Assembly: GCA_003567685.1 (NCBI GenBank)
Contig: PWYW01000035.1
Location: forward strand, 1,503-65,502
DNA: 64,000 nt
Direction: 5' to 3'
Source of the DNA: Gammaproteobacteria bacterium
Lineage (GTDB): Bacteria; Pseudomonadota; Gammaproteobacteria; Xanthomonadales; Wenzhouxiangellaceae
Each line of letters opens with the position of its first letter. Positions within the stretch are counted from its first letter, which is position 1. The notes below the pieces were generated by a model. The model saw only the letters and a program-made list of their open reading frames with translations, made no database searches and was not told the origin of the DNA. Made by a program: the position numbers and the translations under genes. This document shows, piece by piece, positions 8,856-19,954 of the stretch.

Positions 8856-9791
8856 ATGCCTAACGTTACCATGCGCCAAATGCTCGAAGCCGGCGTACAC
8901 TTCGGACACCAGACCCGCTACTGGAACCCCAAGATGGAGCCGTACATTTTCGGCGCCCGGGGCAAGATCCACATCATCAACCTGGAAGAAACGCTGCCGC
9001 TGCTGAAGGAATCGCTGGATTTCCTGAGCCGCATGGCCAGCCGTCGCGGCACCGTCATGTTTGTGGGCACCAAACGCGCCGCCAGCCAGGCCATCGCCGA
9101 AGAAGCCGCGCGCTGCGGCAGCCCTTATGTCTCGCACCGCTGGCTCGGCGGCATGCTGACCAACTTCCGCACGGTTCGCCAGTCGATTAACCGCCTGAAA
9201 GAAATCGAGCAGATGGAAATCGACGGCAGCTTCGCCAAACTGGTCAAGAAGGAAGTATTGCAACTGACCCGCGAACGCGACAAGCTCGAGCGCAGCCTGG
9301 GCGGGATCAAGGACATGAACGGCCTGCCAGACGCGCTGTTCGTCATCGACGTTGGTCACGAATCCATCGCCATCGCCGAAGCACGCAAGCTGGGCATTCC
9401 GGTCGTTGCCGTGGTCGACACCAACCACTCCCCGGTTGGCATTGATTACGTGATCCCGGGTAACGACGACGCCATCCGCTCCGTGCGACTTTATGCCCAA
9501 TTGGCCGCCGACGCCATCCTTGAGGGCCGCGCCTCGGCACCGGCTGCCGGCGGCGGTGACGCCGACGAATTCGTTGAACTGGACGAAGCCGGAAACCCCG
9601 TCGAGTCAGCTCCTGCCGCTGCCACCGAGACTCCGGCTGCCGAAACCGAAGCCGCTCCGGCACCTGCCAAGAAGGTCAGCAAGAAAAAGGCCGTCAAGAA
9701 AAAGGCCGCCGCCAAGCCGGCCGCTAAAGCTGAAGCCAGCACTGACGCTGAGACCAGCGAGGACAAAGGCGAGGAAAAGGGCGACGCCTGA
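8856..9791 (+). CDS. rpsB: 30S ribosomal protein S2 with an extended Ala/Glu/Lys/Pro-rich C-terminal tail
   Basis: [27 protein letters not shown] is the canonical S2 N-terminus. GGAAGGA lies 6-7 nt upstream of the ATG at 8856. The track ORF start at 8685 is an upstream extension. Confidence 0.95.
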   Translation: MPNVTMRQMLEAGVHFGHQTRYWNPKMEPYIFGARGKIHIINLEETLPLLKESLDFLSRMASRRGTVMFVGTKRAASQAIAEEAARCGSPYVSHRWLGGMLTNFRTVRQSINRLKEIEQMEIDGSFAKLVKKEVLQLTRERDKLERSLGGIKDMNGLPDALFVIDVGHESIAIAEARKLGIPVVAVVDTNHSPVGIDYVIPGNDDAIRSVRLYAQLAADAILEGRASAPAAGGGDADEFVELDEAGNPVESAPAAATETPAAETEAAPAPAKKVSKKKAVKKKAAAKPAAKAEASTDAETSEDKGEEKGDA

Positions 9792-9845
9792 CAACTCGCC
9801 CCCTCAAGCGAACCCGAACAATGCAGCTTTAAGGACACCTATCTC

Positions 9846-10715
9846 ATGAGTATTACTGCAGGACAAGTCAAGGAACTGCGCGAGCGCACCGGCGCTGGCA
9901 TGATGGAATGCAAGAAGGCCCTGGTCGAGACCAATGGCGATCTGGAAGCCGCGGTCGAACATTTGCGGAAGTCTGGGTTGGCCAAGGCCGACAAGAAGGC
10001 CGGCCGTGTGGCAGCAGAAGGTGCCATTGTCTTCGCTACTGAAGGCAAGCGCGCAGTCCTGGTCGAAGTGAACAGCGAAACCGACTTCGTGGCCAAGGAT
10101 GAGAATTTCCGCGGATTCGCCGACGAAGTTGCCAGCCTCGCCATCAATGCCAATGACGTCGATGCCCTGAACGCCGCAACCATGGCCAATGGCAACAGCG
10201 TTGAAGAAAACCGTCAGCAGCTGGTCGCCAAGATCGGCGAGAACGTGCAGGTCCGTCGTCTCGCGGCCCTCGAAGCGCCCAACGGTGTTGTCGGAACCTA
10301 CATTCATGGCGGCCGCATTGGCGTCTCGGTCGCGCTGACCGGTGGTGATGAAGACCTGGCACGCGACATTGCCATGCACGTGGCAGCGTTGAACCCGGCC
10401 TTCCGCGATGCGGAAGACGTTCCCGCTGAAGTGATGCAGAAAGAAAAAGACATTCTGGTTGCCCAGGCCGCCGACAGCGGAAAGCCCGCAGACATCATCG
10501 AAAAAATGGTGCAGGGCCGCCTGAAAAAACACCTGGCTGAAATCACCCTGACCGGCCAACCGTTCGTCAAGGATGGCGATATCACCGTCGGCCAGTTGCT
10601 CAAGGACAAGGGAGCCAGCATTGACGCTTTTGTCCGCCTGGAAGTGGGCGATGGCATCGAAAAGGAAGAAACCGACTTCGCCGCGGAAGTAATGCAGCAA
10701 GCACGAGGCGGCTGA
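9846..10715 (+). CDS. tsf: Translation elongation factor Ts
   Basis: [52 protein letters not shown] is the canonical EF-Ts UBA-like N-terminus. The gene follows rpsB. Confidence 0.97.
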   Translation: MSITAGQVKELRERTGAGMMECKKALVETNGDLEAAVEHLRKSGLAKADKKAGRVAAEGAIVFATEGKRAVLVEVNSETDFVAKDENFRGFADEVASLAINANDVDALNAATMANGNSVEENRQQLVAKIGENVQVRRLAALEAPNGVVGTYIHGGRIGVSVALTGGDEDLARDIAMHVAALNPAFRDAEDVPAEVMQKEKDILVAQAADSGKPADIIEKMVQGRLKKHLAEITLTGQPFVKDGDITVGQLLKDKGASIDAFVRLEVGDGIEKEETDFAAEVMQQARGG

Positions 10716-10730
10716 TTGCCGCCGAACAGA

Positions 10731-10757
10731 CGGCAGCCCACCGGGCTGCCGTTTTCG
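10731..10757 (+). terminator. Rho-independent terminator after tsf
   Basis: Perfect 9-bp GC stem CGGCAGCCC-acc-GGGCTGCCG followed by TTTTCGGTT. Confidence 0.75.
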
Positions 10758-10875
10758 GTTCACGCCATTGAGACCAGCGGAACCGACAAAACCAAAGCCA
10801 AGTGAGTCCCGCAGCCAATTGCCCGGCTGGCTCGGCTTACAATACCGGCATTCTGTTGATTGACGGAGGGGCCCC

Positions 10876-11592
10876 ATGAGCAAACGCCACTACCAGCGCA
10901 TCCTGCTGAAACTCAGCGGAGAAGCCTTGCTTGGAGAGCTTGACTACGGGATCGACCCGAAGATCAGCTCCCGCATTGCCCGTGAAGTCTCCGCCGTGGT
11001 GGATGCCGGCATCCAGATTGGCATCGTGATCGGCGGCGGGAACATCTTCCGCGGTGCCGGCCTGGCGGCTTCGGGCATTGACCGGATCACCGGCGACCAC
11101 ATGGGCATGCTCGCCACTGTGATGAACGCCCTGGGACTTCAGGATGCACTGGAGCGAGCCGGCGTCACTACGCGGGTGATGTCCGCCATTTCGGTTCGTG
11201 AAGTTTGCGAAGACTATATCCGCCGCCGCGCGGTGCGCCACCTTGAGAAGGGGCGCGCCGTGATCTTTGCCGCCGGCACCGGCAACCCTTTCTTCACCAC
11301 CGACACGGCTGCCAGTCTGCGCGCCATCGAGATTGGTGCCGACCTGATGATAAAGGCCACCAAGGTCGATGGCATTTACTCATCCGACCCGGTCAAGAAC
11401 GAGGATGCGGTGCGGTACGATCGGGTCAGCTACGACGAAGTCATCGAGAAGAAACTGGCGGTCATGGATACCAATGCCATCGTGCTGTGTCGAGATCAGT
11501 CGATGCCGATTCGCATCATCAACCTGAACAGGCCCGGCGAAATGCAACGCCTGATCGATGGTGAAGAGGTAGGGACGCTGGTCGGAGCCTGA
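10876..11592 (+). CDS. pyrH: UMP kinase
   Basis: [13 protein letters not shown]...[10 protein letters not shown]...[16 protein letters not shown] motifs, in the conserved position between tsf and frr. Confidence 0.97.
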   Translation: MSKRHYQRILLKLSGEALLGELDYGIDPKISSRIAREVSAVVDAGIQIGIVIGGGNIFRGAGLAASGIDRITGDHMGMLATVMNALGLQDALERAGVTTRVMSAISVREVCEDYIRRRAVRHLEKGRAVIFAAGTGNPFFTTDTAASLRAIEIGADLMIKATKVDGIYSSDPVKNEDAVRYDRVSYDEVIEKKLAVMDTNAIVLCRDQSMPIRIINLNRPGEMQRLIDGEEVGTLVGA

Positions 11593-11736
11593 TCAGCCAG
11601 CGATTCAGGAAGATTCTCCGTGGGCGGCCAGACGGCGGCAAGCCCATCAAGATGTCCAAGGGTGCGCCAAGGCTCACTCAGACGATACAATCCGCGGGCC
11701 TGGCAGATTCAACCAGGCCTACAAAAGAGGTGGTTC

Positions 11737-12294
11737 ATGCTGAACGATATCAATAAAGACGCGGAAGAGCGGATGAGCAAAAGCATCATCGCGCTCAAGA
11801 GCGAACTGGCCAAGATTCGCACTGGCCGAGCTCACCCAAGCCTGCTTGAGCACGTCACGGTGGACTATTACGGTTCGGAGGTCCCGCTGAATCAGGCCGC
11901 AAACATCAACGCCGAAGATGCCCGCACGCTGAGCGTGGTGCCTTTCGACAAATCGATGGTGGCAAAGATTGAAAAAGCCATCATGACGTCCGACCTCGGC
12001 TTGAACCCTGCGACCTCCGGCTCCAACATCCGGGTGCCTTTGCCAGCGCTGACCGAGCAACGCCGCCAGGAATTGGTCAAGATTGTCTCTGGTGAAGGCG
12101 AGCAGGCCAAGGTCGCCATTCGCAACATTCGCCGCGATGCGAACTCACAGCTGAAGGATTTCCTGAAAGAAAAGGAACTTAGCGAAGATGATGTTCGACG
12201 CGGCGAAACACAAATCCAGCAGTTGACCGATCGCTTTGTTGGTGAGGTAGATACCTTGGTTGCCGCCAAGGAGCGCGAGCTGATGGAAATCTGA
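11737..12294 (+). CDS. frr: Ribosome recycling factor
   Basis: [52 protein letters not shown] lies upstream of the ATG at 11737. The track ORF start at 11620 is an upstream extension. Confidence 0.97.
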   Translation: MLNDINKDAEERMSKSIIALKSELAKIRTGRAHPSLLEHVTVDYYGSEVPLNQAANINAEDARTLSVVPFDKSMVAKIEKAIMTSDLGLNPATSGSNIRVPLPALTEQRRQELVKIVSGEGEQAKVAIRNIRRDANSQLKDFLKEKELSEDDVRRGETQIQQLTDRFVGEVDTLVAAKERELMEI

Positions 12295-12298
12295 AACG

Positions 12299-13039
12299 GT
12301 GTCTTCGGTATTGCCTCGACCTCAGCACGTTGCCATCGTGATGGATGGCAACGGGCGCTGGGCAAAACGCCAGGGCAAGCCTCGCTCGGAAGGCCACAAG
12401 GCCGGCAGCGAAGCGCTCAAGCGAGCAGTCGAGGCGGTGATGGAAGCAAAAATCCCGTTTTTGACCGTTTATGCCTTTTCCAGTGAGAACTGGAATCGTC
12501 CGGCTGTCGAGGTCAAGCAACTGCTGGACTTGTTCATGCGCGCACTCACCCGCGAAATTCGCGAGCTCGACGAGCATGGTGTGCGCATTCGTTTCATTGG
12601 TGATCGCACAGCCTTCAATGCTGCGCTGCGTGACGGCATGCGACGGGCAGAAAAACGTACCGCGGGTAATCAGACACTGACCCTGAACGTGGCGGTCAAC
12701 TACGGTGGCCAATCGGATGTGACCCAGGCGGCCAGGAGCCTGGCCGAAGACATTGCCGCCGGCCTCCTCAAACCAGAGCAAATTGACGAACGGAGCCTGG
12801 CAAAACGTCTTGCCCTCCACGATCAACCACTGCCTGACCTGCTGATCCGAACCGGCGGCGAGAAACGCCTGTCGAATTTCCTTCTCTGGCAGCTGGCCTA
12901 TACCGAGCTGCATTTCAGCGACGTGCTCTGGCCAGATTTCGGTGCCGAGCACGTCCAGCTTGCTCTTGACGACTTTGCCCGGCGCGAGCGTCGTTTCGGT
13001 GGCCTGAGTGCGCCTGAGGCCAGGGCCGAGAGTGCTTAA
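12299..13039 (+). CDS. uppS: Ditrans,polycis-undecaprenyl-diphosphate synthase
   Basis: GTG start. HVAIVMDGNGRWA and FSSENWNRP motifs. RTGGEKRLSNFLLWQLAYTELHF near the C-terminus. Confidence 0.95.
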   Translation: MSSVLPRPQHVAIVMDGNGRWAKRQGKPRSEGHKAGSEALKRAVEAVMEAKIPFLTVYAFSSENWNRPAVEVKQLLDLFMRALTREIRELDEHGVRIRFIGDRTAFNAALRDGMRRAEKRTAGNQTLTLNVAVNYGGQSDVTQAARSLAEDIAAGLLKPEQIDERSLAKRLALHDQPLPDLLIRTGGEKRLSNFLLWQLAYTELHFSDVLWPDFGAEHVQLALDDFARRERRFGGLSAPEARAESA

Positions 13040-13871
13040 ACAGCGCGTCCTTACCGCCATTGTCATGGCGCTGGTTGGTCTGGCTGCATTGTTCGGCCTC
13101 GATCCACTGCTCTTTTCCGTCGCCGCGCTGCTGCTGTTTCTCGCCCTCGGCGGCTGGGAAGCCGCGCGTCTGGCCGGCCTGACCTGCCCCGTTCGCCGGA
13201 TTCTCTTCGCCGCGTTTCTGAGCTTGCCAGCTGCCGCCCTGTTATTGGTCGGCCATGACTGGCCGGCATCAATCAACACACACGCCCTGATGTTCGTTTT
13301 CCTTCCAGGCTGCGTCGCCTGGCTGGGTTTCATTGCCTGGCTTTCACGCCCCGAGTGGGGGTACCGGGCCAGCGTGGGTATGCGAGTTTTCAAACTCGCC
13401 GCGATGGCCATCTTGCTCTGGTCGGCCTGGCTCGCAGTGAGCTGGCTTCAGGCGCAGTCACCCTGGTGGGTCATGCTGCTGATCGTGATCATCGCCGCGG
13501 CCGACATCGGCGCCTATTTCAGCGGGCGCACCATTGGCGGCCCCAAACTGGCACCGAGAATAAGCCCTGGAAAAACACGTTCCGGCGCGATCGGCGGACT
13601 GCTGAGCTCAGCCCTGCTGACAGCACTGGCCGCCTGGCTGCTGCCGCAATCACCGCTGAGCCCAGCCCAGGCGCTGCCCATCGCTGCTTTGCTGGCGCTG
13701 GTCTCGATTGGTGGGGACTTGTTCATCAGCCTGCTCAAGCGCCAACAGAACCTCAAGGACACGGCCGCCTTGTTTCCCGGTCACGGTGGTGTTCTCGATC
13801 GCTTTGACAGCCTGAGCGCGGGACTTCCCTTCTTTGCCCTGCTGCTGGCGTGGCTGGCTGGCAACGCGTGA
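13032..13871 (+). CDS. cdsA: Phosphatidate cytidylyltransferase
   Basis: (V)LKQRVLTAIVMALVGLAALF matches the CdsA N-terminus (E. coli MLKYRLISAF...). The C-terminal signature is SLLKRQQNLKDTAALFPGHGGVLDRFDS. I chose the GTG at 13032 rather than the track start at 13008. Confidence 0.9.
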   Translation: MLKQRVLTAIVMALVGLAALFGLDPLLFSVAALLLFLALGGWEAARLAGLTCPVRRILFAAFLSLPAAALLLVGHDWPASINTHALMFVFLPGCVAWLGFIAWLSRPEWGYRASVGMRVFKLAAMAILLWSAWLAVSWLQAQSPWWVMLLIVIIAAADIGAYFSGRTIGGPKLAPRISPGKTRSGAIGGLLSSALLTALAAWLLPQSPLSPAQALPIAALLALVSIGGDLFISLLKRQQNLKDTAALFPGHGGVLDRFDSLSAGLPFFALLLAWLAGNA

Positions 13872-13993
13872 TTCCGTCAAACACATTATTTGAACCGTCT
13901 GCTCGTCCCAGACCGCGAACCTTCACGGCTAATTGTTGCCGATAGTGGGATGAAAAACGTTCTCGAATCACGCAAGCGCTGGGATACAGGCCG

Positions 13994-15370
13994 ATGATCG
14001 ACATACTGGGCTCCATTTTCTGGCTGATTGTTGCTCTCGGCCTATTGGTCACCTTCCATGAGTTCGGCCACTTCTGGGTAGCCAGGCGCTGTGGCGTGAA
14101 AGTGCTGCAGTTTTCCATTGGCTTCGGACCCGCACTGTGGTCAAGAACGGCCGCCAACGGAACGGAATATCGCATCGCGGCCATTCCGCTCGGCGGCTAC
14201 GTCAAGATGCTTGATGAGCGCGAAGCGCCGGTCAGCGAAGCCCAGGCCAGTGCCGAATCCTTCAATCGCAAGCCGCTCGGTCAGCGCGCCGCGATTGTTG
14301 CCGCTGGCCCTGCCTTCAACCTGGTGTTCGCCATCGCCGCATTCTGGTTGATGTTTCTGGTTGGCATACCGGAGACTCGCCCGGTACTCGGCCCGACCTC
14401 GGGTCTCTCGGCCGAGGCCGGCCTGGTCGAAAACGACCTGATCACCCGGGTCGACAGCCGCCGCACGGAAACCTGGACCCACGCCATTCTCGGGCTCATT
14501 CCGCCGGCCCTTGACCGTCGTCCAATCGACGTCGAAGTGGAAGACGCCGCTGGCATCCGTCGCGTTGTGCAGCTGCCGCTGGACCGACTGGGCAGTGACT
14601 TCAACGAAGAACGAGTGCTGGATGCCCTGGGACTGACGCCCTGGCGCGCAGATTTGCCGCCGCTGATCGGCACCATTGCGCCGGATTCTCCGGCCGAGCG
14701 CGCCGGTCTGCGCGAAGGTGATCGCATCCGTCAGATCAACGATCAACGCATCGACGGCTGGCAGCAGATCGCTCGCCTGATTCCCGAATTGGCATTGAAT
14801 ACCGAGGGCCAGATTCAACCCCTGACCCTTGCCATCGAGCGTGATGGGCAATTCATCGAACAGGAATTGACACCCGGCCTCCAGGAAGGCCGAGCGATTA
14901 TCGGCATCCAGGCTCCGCCGGCCGGCCCCGAACTGCAGGCCGAATTCGAGCGCACCTTCACCGTGGTCCGACACGGCCCGCTGGTCGCTTCGGGCGAAGC
15001 GGTTGCCGAAACCTGGCGGTTGACCAGCGCGACGCTCGGCATCCTTGGCCGGATGATCACCGGCAAGGCTTCGCTGAACAACCTCTCCGGACCGATCACC
15101 ATCGCGCAAATGGCGCACTCCTCGGCGCGACTGGGCTTTTCAAGATTTCTGTTTTTCCTCGGGTTGATCAGCCTGTCGCTGGCCATCATCAATCTTCTGC
15201 CCATTCCCATGCTGGATGGGGGTCATCTGCTTTATTATCTGGTTGAGTGGATCAAGGGCTCTCCGGTTTCCGAGCGCACGCAAGTTATCGGCCAATACAT
15301 TGGCCTGGCTGCGGTGTTCAGCCTGATGAGTTTGGCCATATTTAACGATATCTTACGGCTGATTCCCTAA
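13994..15370 (+). CDS. rseP: RIP zinc metalloprotease RseP (site-2 protease)
   Basis: HEFGHFWVARRCGV (HExxH), PDZ region, and C-terminal NLLPIPMLDGGHLLYY motif. Confidence 0.95.
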   Translation: MIDILGSIFWLIVALGLLVTFHEFGHFWVARRCGVKVLQFSIGFGPALWSRTAANGTEYRIAAIPLGGYVKMLDEREAPVSEAQASAESFNRKPLGQRAAIVAAGPAFNLVFAIAAFWLMFLVGIPETRPVLGPTSGLSAEAGLVENDLITRVDSRRTETWTHAILGLIPPALDRRPIDVEVEDAAGIRRVVQLPLDRLGSDFNEERVLDALGLTPWRADLPPLIGTIAPDSPAERAGLREGDRIRQINDQRIDGWQQIARLIPELALNTEGQIQPLTLAIERDGQFIEQELTPGLQEGRAIIGIQAPPAGPELQAEFERTFTVVRHGPLVASGEAVAETWRLTSATLGILGRMITGKASLNNLSGPITIAQMAHSSARLGFSRFLFFLGLISLSLAIINLLPIPMLDGGHLLYYLVEWIKGSPVSERTQVIGQYIGLAAVFSLMSLAIFNDILRLIP

Positions 15371-15426
15371 ACTTCGACGGTTCGGCCCAGCCGAACAAGA
15401 CGCGAACGCAAAAGCCAAGGTTTTTC

Positions 15427-17868
15427 ATGAAACGACTCTGTCTCCTCGCCGCCCTGCTGGCCTTCAGCCTGCAGGTTCATGCCGACACTTTCCGCATTGA
15501 CGATATCCGCGTCGATGGTCTGCAGCGTATTTCCGAGGGCAACGTATTCAGCTTCCTGCCGGTCGAGGTGGGCGATACCCTGACGCCATCACTGGGTCGA
15601 AGCGCTATCCGTGATTTGTATCGCACCGGGTTCTTCGATGACATCAGCCTGAGCCGGGAAGGCAACGTGCTGGTGTTTACGGTGACCGAGCGCCCGGCCA
15701 TATCGCTGGTCAATATTCGCGGCAACCGCCAGATCAAGACCGATGATCTGCTGCCCGCACTGGCCTCCATTGGCATTGCCGAAGGCGAGATTTTCAACCA
15801 GCTGGATCTGGACCGGGTCCGGCAGGAACTGGTCAGGCAGTATTTTGCCCAGGGGTACTACGATGTTGACGTCGAAACCCGGGTCGGCCGCCTGGAACGT
15901 AATCGCGTCAGCATCTCAATCATCGTCGAAGAGGGTCGGCCCGCCACGCTCCGCCACATCAATGTCGTCGGCAATCAGACCTTTACCAACGACGAGTTGC
16001 TCGACGATTTCGAGTCACGAACAACACGCGGCCTGCTGTTCTGGCGTAATCGCAATCGCTACACCCGCGAGAAGTTGTCCGGCGATTTGGAAGTCTTGCG
16101 CTCGTTTTATCTTGATCGTGGCTTCGTCGATTTCTCGATCGAGTCGACCCAGGTCTCCATCAGCCCCGACAAATCGGGCATCTTTGTCACGGCCAACATC
16201 CGAGAGGGTGAAGTCTTCAGCATTAGCAATGTATCGCTGACCGGCGATCTGGTACTCCCTGAAGAAACCTTGAGAATGTTGCTGCAGGTCGAGGAAGGCG
16301 ACACCTTCTCGCGCCGTGACGTCGAACAAAGTATTGAACTGATCACCGCACTGCTGGCCAACATCGGCTATGCCTTTGCCAACGTCAACCCGATTCCGCG
16401 CATCGATCGCCAGAATAACGAAGTCGACCTGACCCTGTTCATCGAACCGGGCAAGCGCGTTTACGTACGTCGCATCGACTTCCGCGGCAATACCCAGACC
16501 AAGGATGAAGTACTACGGCGCGAAATGCGCCAGTTCGAAGGTGCCTGGTTCTCGCAGTTGGCCATTGATCGTTCGCGCCTGCGGATTCAGCGTCTGGGCT
16601 TCTTCGACAACATCAACATCGAGACCGTCCCCGTTGAAGGGACCGATGACCAGGTTGACCTGGTGGTCAGCGTTGAAGAACAACCTTCGGGAAGTTTCCA
16701 GGTGGGTATTGGCTACTCGCAGTTCCAGGGCGTCATCCTGTCGGGGTCCATTGAACAGGACAATTTCCTGGGCAGCGGCCGACGCGTTGGCCTGGCTGCC
16801 CAGACCAGTCGCTTCCTGAAACAGGCCAGCGTCAGTTACACCAACCCCTACTTCACCGACGACGGCGTCTCGGCCGGATTCTTCGCTCGTTACTCGGAGT
16901 TCGACACCGTGGGCAGAAGCTCCAACGTGGCCGCATTCTCCACCAGCCAGGCGGCGTTGGGTGTCAACATGGGCTTTCCAGTCACCGAAACCAGTTTCCT
17001 GCGGTTTGGCACCTCGGTCCGCCGCGTCGACATAAATCTGCCGGGTGGTTTCTTCCCGCCACCAGGTGATCCCGACGGCCCGCTGTCTTTCCGCATCCCG
17101 GCCTCGCGCCCCCTGGGCATTTCTCTCGATCAGGACGGTGATGGCTTCCTGTCACGACGCGAGCGCCGCGTAACCACCTATGCGGTCGATGCCACCTGGT
17201 CGCGTGACACCCGGAACCACTTTTTGACCCCGACCCAGGGTTCATTGAACCGTTTCACCGCCGAAGTATCGCTGCCGGGCAGCACCCGCCAGTGGTACAA
17301 GGTGAATTACCGTGGCCAGAAGTACTGGCCGCTGGGTGAGCGAATGGCTTTCTCGGTTCGAGCAGACATAGCCTACGGCAATTCCTTCGACAACTACGAT
17401 CGAGACCTGGCCATCGAGCCGACCGAACCGGTGATCAATCCCGGCGCACGCCGAACCTGCCTGCTTGAAGAAGTCGTGACGTTCGACGACGGCCTGCCCT
17501 TCTATGAGCATTTCTTCGCCGGCGGCGTCGGCGACATTCGAGGTTTCGATGACAACTCCCTGGGACCGAAGGACGAGGCCTGTCGGGCGGTCGGTGGTGA
17601 CCTGAAGGTCATCGGCGGCGCCGAAATCGCGTTTCCCATGCCATTCATTGAAGCGCCTGGCACTCGCCTGAGCTGGTTTCTGGATGTTGGCAACGTCTAT
17701 CGTGACCTGGATTCCTTTGATACCGACCTGCTGCGCGCGTCAACCGGAATCTCGCTGAGTTGGCAAGCACCCATTGGGCCGATTATCATCAGCCTTGCCC
17801 GGCCGATTCGCGAGCGCACCGGCGATCGCACCCAGCCGCTGCAATTCACCTTCGGCAGTGTCTTCTGA
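15427..17868 (+). CDS. bamA: Outer membrane protein assembly factor BamA
   Basis: 813 aa with a signal peptide. The POTRA repeats start FRIDDIRVDGLQRISEGNVFSFLP. The C-terminal Omp85 barrel ends in ...QFTFGSVF. Confidence 0.97.
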   Translation: MKRLCLLAALLAFSLQVHADTFRIDDIRVDGLQRISEGNVFSFLPVEVGDTLTPSLGRSAIRDLYRTGFFDDISLSREGNVLVFTVTERPAISLVNIRGNRQIKTDDLLPALASIGIAEGEIFNQLDLDRVRQELVRQYFAQGYYDVDVETRVGRLERNRVSISIIVEEGRPATLRHINVVGNQTFTNDELLDDFESRTTRGLLFWRNRNRYTREKLSGDLEVLRSFYLDRGFVDFSIESTQVSISPDKSGIFVTANIREGEVFSISNVSLTGDLVLPEETLRMLLQVEEGDTFSRRDVEQSIELITALLANIGYAFANVNPIPRIDRQNNEVDLTLFIEPGKRVYVRRIDFRGNTQTKDEVLRREMRQFEGAWFSQLAIDRSRLRIQRLGFFDNINIETVPVEGTDDQVDLVVSVEEQPSGSFQVGIGYSQFQGVILSGSIEQDNFLGSGRRVGLAAQTSRFLKQASVSYTNPYFTDDGVSAGFFARYSEFDTVGRSSNVAAFSTSQAALGVNMGFPVTETSFLRFGTSVRRVDINLPGGFFPPPGDPDGPLSFRIPASRPLGISLDQDGDGFLSRRERRVTTYAVDATWSRDTRNHFLTPTQGSLNRFTAEVSLPGSTRQWYKVNYRGQKYWPLGERMAFSVRADIAYGNSFDNYDRDLAIEPTEPVINPGARRTCLLEEVVTFDDGLPFYEHFFAGGVGDIRGFDDNSLGPKDEACRAVGGDLKVIGGAEIAFPMPFIEAPGTRLSWFLDVGNVYRDLDSFDTDLLRASTGISLSWQAPIGPIIISLARPIRERTGDRTQPLQFTFGSVF

Positions 17869-17911
17869 TCTGGCCGGAACCCGGTTCGTCGAAGGGAGAT
17901 GAGGTTCATAG

Positions 17912-18466
17912 ATGACTTGGCATCGAACGGTCAAACGGCAAGCGTCCGGCTTATGCCCGGCCGGTTGCCGTTGTCTGCCGTTTGCCCTGCTGGCCCTGCT
18001 GGTTTGCACCGCGTTGCAAGCGCAGTCGGGCGGCATTGCCTATGTCGACATGCGTCTCTTGCTGGACCAGGCACCGCAGGTCGTTTCTGCACGCGAATCG
18101 CTTGACCGCGAGTTTCGACCCCGCAATGAAGCCCTGTTGGCCGACGAAGTTCGCCTGGACCGCTTGCGGCAGCGACAAGACACCAGCTCGGACCGCGAGC
18201 AACTGCTTGAACTTGAGCGGGAAATTCGCAATCTCCAGCGCTCGATCGAGCGCCGCCGTGAAGATCTTGGCGAGGAACTGCGCTTTCGAACCAACGCCGA
18301 GAAGAAGGCCTTGGAGGAAAGCATCGAAGTGGCCATTCGGCAGGTTGCCGAAGACAACGATCTCCTTCTGGTGGTGACCAGCCCGGTTGCCTATGCCGCG
18401 CCGAGCATCGACATCACCGATCAGGTGCTCGACTGGCTCGAGCGGGATTTCGAGGCAGCGCAGTGA
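17912..18466 (+). CDS. skp: OmpH/Skp family periplasmic chaperone
   Basis: Signal peptide followed by a coiled-coil Arg/Glu/Leu-rich ~150 aa protein. It occupies the conserved slot between bamA and lpxD. Confidence 0.8.
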   Translation: MTWHRTVKRQASGLCPAGCRCLPFALLALLVCTALQAQSGGIAYVDMRLLLDQAPQVVSARESLDREFRPRNEALLADEVRLDRLRQRQDTSSDREQLLELEREIRNLQRSIERRREDLGEELRFRTNAEKKALEESIEVAIRQVAEDNDLLLVVTSPVAYAAPSIDITDQVLDWLERDFEAAQ

Positions 18467-19479
18467 GGCTGGATGAACTGGCCAGTCGATTCGGCCTCGC
18501 GCTGAGCGGAAACGCCGAGGTTGAGATTGTCGGCCTGGCCACACTGGCGGCTGCAGATGCCCATCAGGTCTCATTTCTTGCCAACCCGTCCTACCTGCCG
18601 GAACTTGAAAAAACCAGGGCCGGGGCCGTGATAATCGGGTCCGAACACGCAGGCCGATCGCCAGTACCCACGCTGGTCAGCGACAACCCTTACGCCGACT
18701 GGGCACGAGTGGCTCAACACTTTCACCCCTCCCCGGGCGGCAAGCCCGGCATTCATCCCAGCGCGGTGGTGTCGGAATCAGCCCTGCTGGATGGCTCGGT
18801 CAGCGTTGGTGCCCAGGCCGTTGTTGGCGAGGGCTGCCAGATTGGAAAACGCGTTATTGTCGGACCCGGCTGCGTGGTTGAGGACGGCGTTGAGATTGGT
18901 GACGACAGCCGCCTGGTCGCACGCGCTTTCATCGGTCGGGACTGCCAACTGGGCAAGCGTGTGATCATTCATCCCGGCGCGGTCATCGGTGCCGATGGTT
19001 TTGGCTTGGCGATGGACAAGGGAAACTGGCTGAAAGTCCCACAGATGGGGCGTGTCCGGATTGGTGATGACTGCGAGATCGGTGCCAACACCACCATCGA
19101 CCGCGGCGCCATTGATGATACGGTGCTGGAAAATGATGTTCGACTGGACAACCAGGTTCAGATCGCTCACAACGTCCACATTGGCGCCCACTCCGCACTG
19201 GCTGGTTGCGTCGGCGTAGCCGGCTCGACGCGCATCGGACGCTACTGCATGATCGCCGGCGCCAGTGGCATTGGTGGCCACATCGATATTGCCGACGGGG
19301 TCATCATCACGGCCATGAGTACCGTCCTTCACTCAATCGACCAACCCGGTCAATACGGATCCGGCATACCGGCAAGACCGCAACGCCAATGGCAGCGAAC
19401 CCTAGTACGCCTCGGCCAACTTGACCAACTGACCCGGCAACTGAAACAACTGCTGGGCAAATCTTCAAAACAGGACTGA
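18463..19479 (+). CDS. lpxD: UDP-3-O-acylglucosamine N-acyltransferase
   Basis: Left-handed beta-helix hexapeptide repeats, with [16 protein letters not shown]...[10 protein letters not shown] at the N-terminus. There is a 4-nt overlap with skp. Confidence 0.95.
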   Translation: MRLDELASRFGLALSGNAEVEIVGLATLAAADAHQVSFLANPSYLPELEKTRAGAVIIGSEHAGRSPVPTLVSDNPYADWARVAQHFHPSPGGKPGIHPSAVVSESALLDGSVSVGAQAVVGEGCQIGKRVIVGPGCVVEDGVEIGDDSRLVARAFIGRDCQLGKRVIIHPGAVIGADGFGLAMDKGNWLKVPQMGRVRIGDDCEIGANTTIDRGAIDDTVLENDVRLDNQVQIAHNVHIGAHSALAGCVGVAGSTRIGRYCMIAGASGIGGHIDIADGVIITAMSTVLHSIDQPGQYGSGIPARPQRQWQRTLVRLGQLDQLTRQLKQLLGKSSKQD

Positions 19480-19489
19480 CGAATTACAG

Positions 19490-19954
19490 ATGAGCGATCA
19501 ATCGCCAATTGATATCGAGCGAATCCTCGAACTGCTTCCCCACCGTTACCCCTTCCTGCTGGTTGACCGGGTGCTGGAGGTTCAATTCGAGGAACCGCCG
19601 CGGATTCGAGCGTTGAAAAACGTGACCATGAACGAGCCATTTTTCCAGGGCCACTTTCCCGGCCATCCGGTGATGCCCGGGGTGCTCATCCTGGAAGCCA
19701 TGGCCCAGGCCGCCGGCTGCCTCGCCCACCTTGCTCGACAGGCCGAAGGTGCCGCCAGCGAGCTTTACTATCTGGTCAAGATCGACAAGGCACGTTTCAA
19801 CAAGGTTGTCGTGCCAGGCGATCAGCTCATTTTCGAGGTTCAGCAAAAACGGCTGATGCGGGGGATGGGTTTGTACCAGGCTGAAACCTTTGTCGACGGC
19901 CAGCGCGTCGCCAGCGCCGAACTATTGTGCGCAGCCCGCCCGAACAAGCAATGA
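19490..19954 (+). CDS. fabZ: 3-hydroxyacyl-ACP dehydratase
   Basis: [13 protein letters not shown]...[23 protein letters not shown] is the canonical FabZ motif. Confidence 0.97.
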   Translation: MSDQSPIDIERILELLPHRYPFLLVDRVLEVQFEEPPRIRALKNVTMNEPFFQGHFPGHPVMPGVLILEAMAQAAGCLAHLARQAEGAASELYYLVKIDKARFNKVVVPGDQLIFEVQQKRLMRGMGLYQAETFVDGQRVASAELLCAARPNKQ

